A stretch of DNA of 64,000 nucleotides, from NCBI GenBank assembly GCA_965197475.1, contig CBDANF010000003.1, positions 2,656,001 to 2,720,000 of the forward strand, written 5' to 3'. Made by a program: the position numbers and the translations under genes. Positions 61,905 to 64,000 of the stretch are shown here, in pieces; position 1 is the first letter of the stretch, and every line of letters starts with the position of its first letter. Under the pieces are notes generated by a model. The model was not told the origin of the DNA, made no database searches, and saw only the letters and a program-made list of their open reading frames with translations. The stretch is from Candidatus Poribacteria bacterium (GTDB lineage Bacteria > Poribacteria > WGA-4E > WGA-3G).

Positions 61905-62594
61905 TCAACTTATAAACGATTTTACTTTACCCACAATTTCAGAAAAGTAGCAGAGCCGCTCATAATACCCCATAACCCGCTTTACATACTCACGAGTCTC
62001 TTTATATCCTCTAAAATACCCGTGCGGTGGCACACCCGACTCCCAAATTTCGGCATGTAAAGCTTTATCCTTTTCAGTAAGTAGACAGAGATTCGCGCTG
62101 ATGGATTCCCACTGATAGGGTTCACCTTTGCGGTGTCCCGCAATTTTCTGTGCATCACTGATATGCCCACGTCCACCGTTGTAACTGGCTAAGGCAATAC
62201 GGACACGATTCGGATGTGAACTTTCTTGATAGAGATCGTATAAACCGCGAAGGTAACGGGTCGCGCCAGCAATGCTTTCATTAGCCTGAAATGGATCGGT
62301 AACACCAAGTTCTTTCGCTGTCTCAGGCATCAGCTGCATCAATCCCTTTGCTCCTGCAGCACTCTCAGCATGTTTGTTAAATCCCGATTCTTGAACAATC
62401 AGGGCAGTAATTAGCCGCCAATCCAACTGATGTGTCGCAGCATGTTTTTGAATAACAGGACGGTACTTCAAAATATCAGGCGTAACAATCAGAAGACGCA
62501 CACCGTTCCAGTCACGGACAAATGTGGCAAATCCCACAACCAGTACCGTACAGATGATAATTCTCACAAAAATGCGTCTTGTTATCTTTACCAT
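61905..62594 (-). CDS. Lytic transglycosylase, SLT domain (MltF C-terminal-like)
   Basis: QESGF, GAKGLMQLMP, ALASYNGG, ETREYV. Confidence 0.9.
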   Translation of the reverse strand: MVKITRRIFVRIIICTVLVVGFATFVRDWNGVRLLIVTPDILKYRPVIQKHAATHQLDWRLITALIVQESGFNKHAESAAGAKGLMQLMPETAKELGVTDPFQANESIAGATRYLRGLYDLYQESSHPNRVRIALASYNGGRGHISDAQKIAGHRKGEPYQWESISANLCLLTEKDKALHAEIWESGVPPHGYFRGYKETREYVKRVMGYYERLCYFSEIVGKVKSFIS

Positions 62595-62813
62595 GTGAGT
62601 CCAACCCCACTCTTCTCAAGGTGCGGCAGGTTCGGTTTCCTAACCGAACCGGGTTATCCAAGTCCATCGCCACGGTTTCTTATTTTGTAACACTGTTCGG
62701 AATACACAAGATGAAGGTTTTCACTGACTATCTGGAGCGGTTAGGAAACCGCTCCTACCGGCGAGGACATCAAAAGTGTTGAGTTTTCTAAATTAACACC
62801 TTATACCTCACTT

Positions 62814-64000
62814 TTAATTTCCCCAAACATAAGCAAACAGAAAAACAAAACGGTGCTGCTGCTCAGTTTCACCTTCTGCATGATCCAGGTTTTGAATATA
62901 ACGCCACGCATAGTTGATGGAACCTTTCCAAGCAGTTATTGGGCGATATTTCCAACCAACCCGAATTTCAGAAAGCCTTTCAACTACGCCTGAAGGAAAC
63001 TGAATATTTTGATAGTCCTCACCGTAAAAACGATCAGTAATATCCGCCTCCCCGTTTCGTTGATGACTAAAACGAGTCTCAATCACTGCTGAAGGTGTAG
63101 CCTGATAAGACACGCGGAACGTAAATATATCCGCATCCGTGCCAATCGGATGTCCTATCATCGCCCCAAAGTGAGTAAACTGATTATCGGACTCAAGATG
63201 CGTATACGCCCATCGATTGACTCGCACATATTCTGTGTGTATTCCCAGTTGACGTTCTGTCCGGTGTGGATACCACTCCAGACCTATAAGCCATGTGACT
63301 GCATGTGGATCAGAGGTCTCTGGATTATACTGAAAATCATCTGCCACCCACTCTACATAGAGGCGAAGCCCATCAATCGGACGCACTGCCCCATCAAAAC
63401 TGAACATGATGTTGTCGTCATTTTTCGCATTGTATTGAACCGCATAATACGGAATAACAGGATTGAGATAGTTCCACGCCACCGATTGCACGTCGCCACC
63501 GTAAAGCACCCACTCAGCAGCACCGATTTCAAGCCAATCGCTGAATTGATAGTCAAGCCGATGTGCGCTGAGATAACGTTTTGCGAGATAGCGAGTTTCG
63601 CCATCGTCATACCACGTCGAATTGAGCTGTGCAGAAAATGCTGTGGCTTTGAGTGCCCCTATTTTGCATGGAAAAGTGCCAGTGAGTCGGATAAGTTCAA
63701 AGGGCGGTGAGTTGTCCGAAATCCCAACAGATTTGTCAGGACTACCACCCCAGAACACAAAATCTCTGCCTATCAAAAGGTCCAATTCAGCGTCTCCAAA
63801 AGGCATCAAGTGGTATTGGAGATAACTTCTTTTGAAATCAACAACATAGTCACCACGCCATCTTTCAAAACGTTGATCAGCAGATTTCAGAAGCGGCGGC
63901 GGATCCGGCAGAAAAAAACTCTCAATAAAATCGGGACCTTGTTCAAAATTAGAGAATTCTAACTCTGTATATATCGTGAGCCGATTCTTGTTATTTCCGA
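62814..64000 (-). CDS. Capsule assembly Wzi-family outer-membrane protein (5' end outside window)
   Basis: IGRDFVFWG..ISDNSPPF, SAHRLD, NYLNP, DNIMF, IGHPIGTDA; frame appears open to window edge. Confidence 0.7.
   Translation of the reverse strand, partial: GNNKNRLTIYTELEFSNFEQGPDFIESFFLPDPPPLLKSADQRFERWRGDYVVDFKRSYLQYHLMPFGDAELDLLIGRDFVFWGGSPDKSVGISDNSPPFELIRLTGTFPCKIGALKATAFSAQLNSTWYDDGETRYLAKRYLSAHRLDYQFSDWLEIGAAEWVLYGGDVQSVAWNYLNPVIPYYAVQYNAKNDDNIMFSFDGAVRPIDGLRLYVEWVADDFQYNPETSDPHAVTWLIGLEWYPHRTERQLGIHTEYVRVNRWAYTHLESDNQFTHFGAMIGHPIGTDADIFTFRVSYQATPSAVIETRFSHQRNGEADITDRFYGEDYQNIQFPSGVVERLSEIRVGWKYRPITAWKGSINYAWRYIQNLDHAEGETEQQHRFVFLFAYVWGN

Overview
Bacterial chromosomal window whose gene repertoire resembles Candidatus Poribacteria (inference from content only): secreted WD40-cohesin-dockerin-FlgD-like proteins, a lamin-tail-domain protein ending KLTTLWGGLK, FGE-sulfatase, PhyH and sulfotransferase genes. 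About 33 genes, mostly transport (2 DppA-like and 1 LivJ-like binding proteins, 2 TonB-dependent receptors, ZIP), metabolism (ALS, ThrC-like, aspartate kinase, dehydrogenases, methyltransferases) and secreted repeat proteins. No rRNA, tRNA or CRISPR array seen. The best candidate for an undescribed system is a ~2.0-kb element (52240-54251). It has 10-bp perfect terminal inverted repeats and encodes only two coupled DUF1670-like HTH proteins, with no recognisable transposase. Its non-coding right end carries a near-consensus promoter upstream of a two-hairpin candidate RNA. Other highlights: a 13 x 126-bp WD40 array varying almost only at five positions per blade; a dockerin-fused ABC binding protein; a prim-pol/helicase-like orphan with an in-frame REP insertion; an IS982; and many nested MITE/REP families with readable target-site duplications, including a 1.4-kb two-level MITE array. 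All family assignments are from motif recognition by eye, not database searches.
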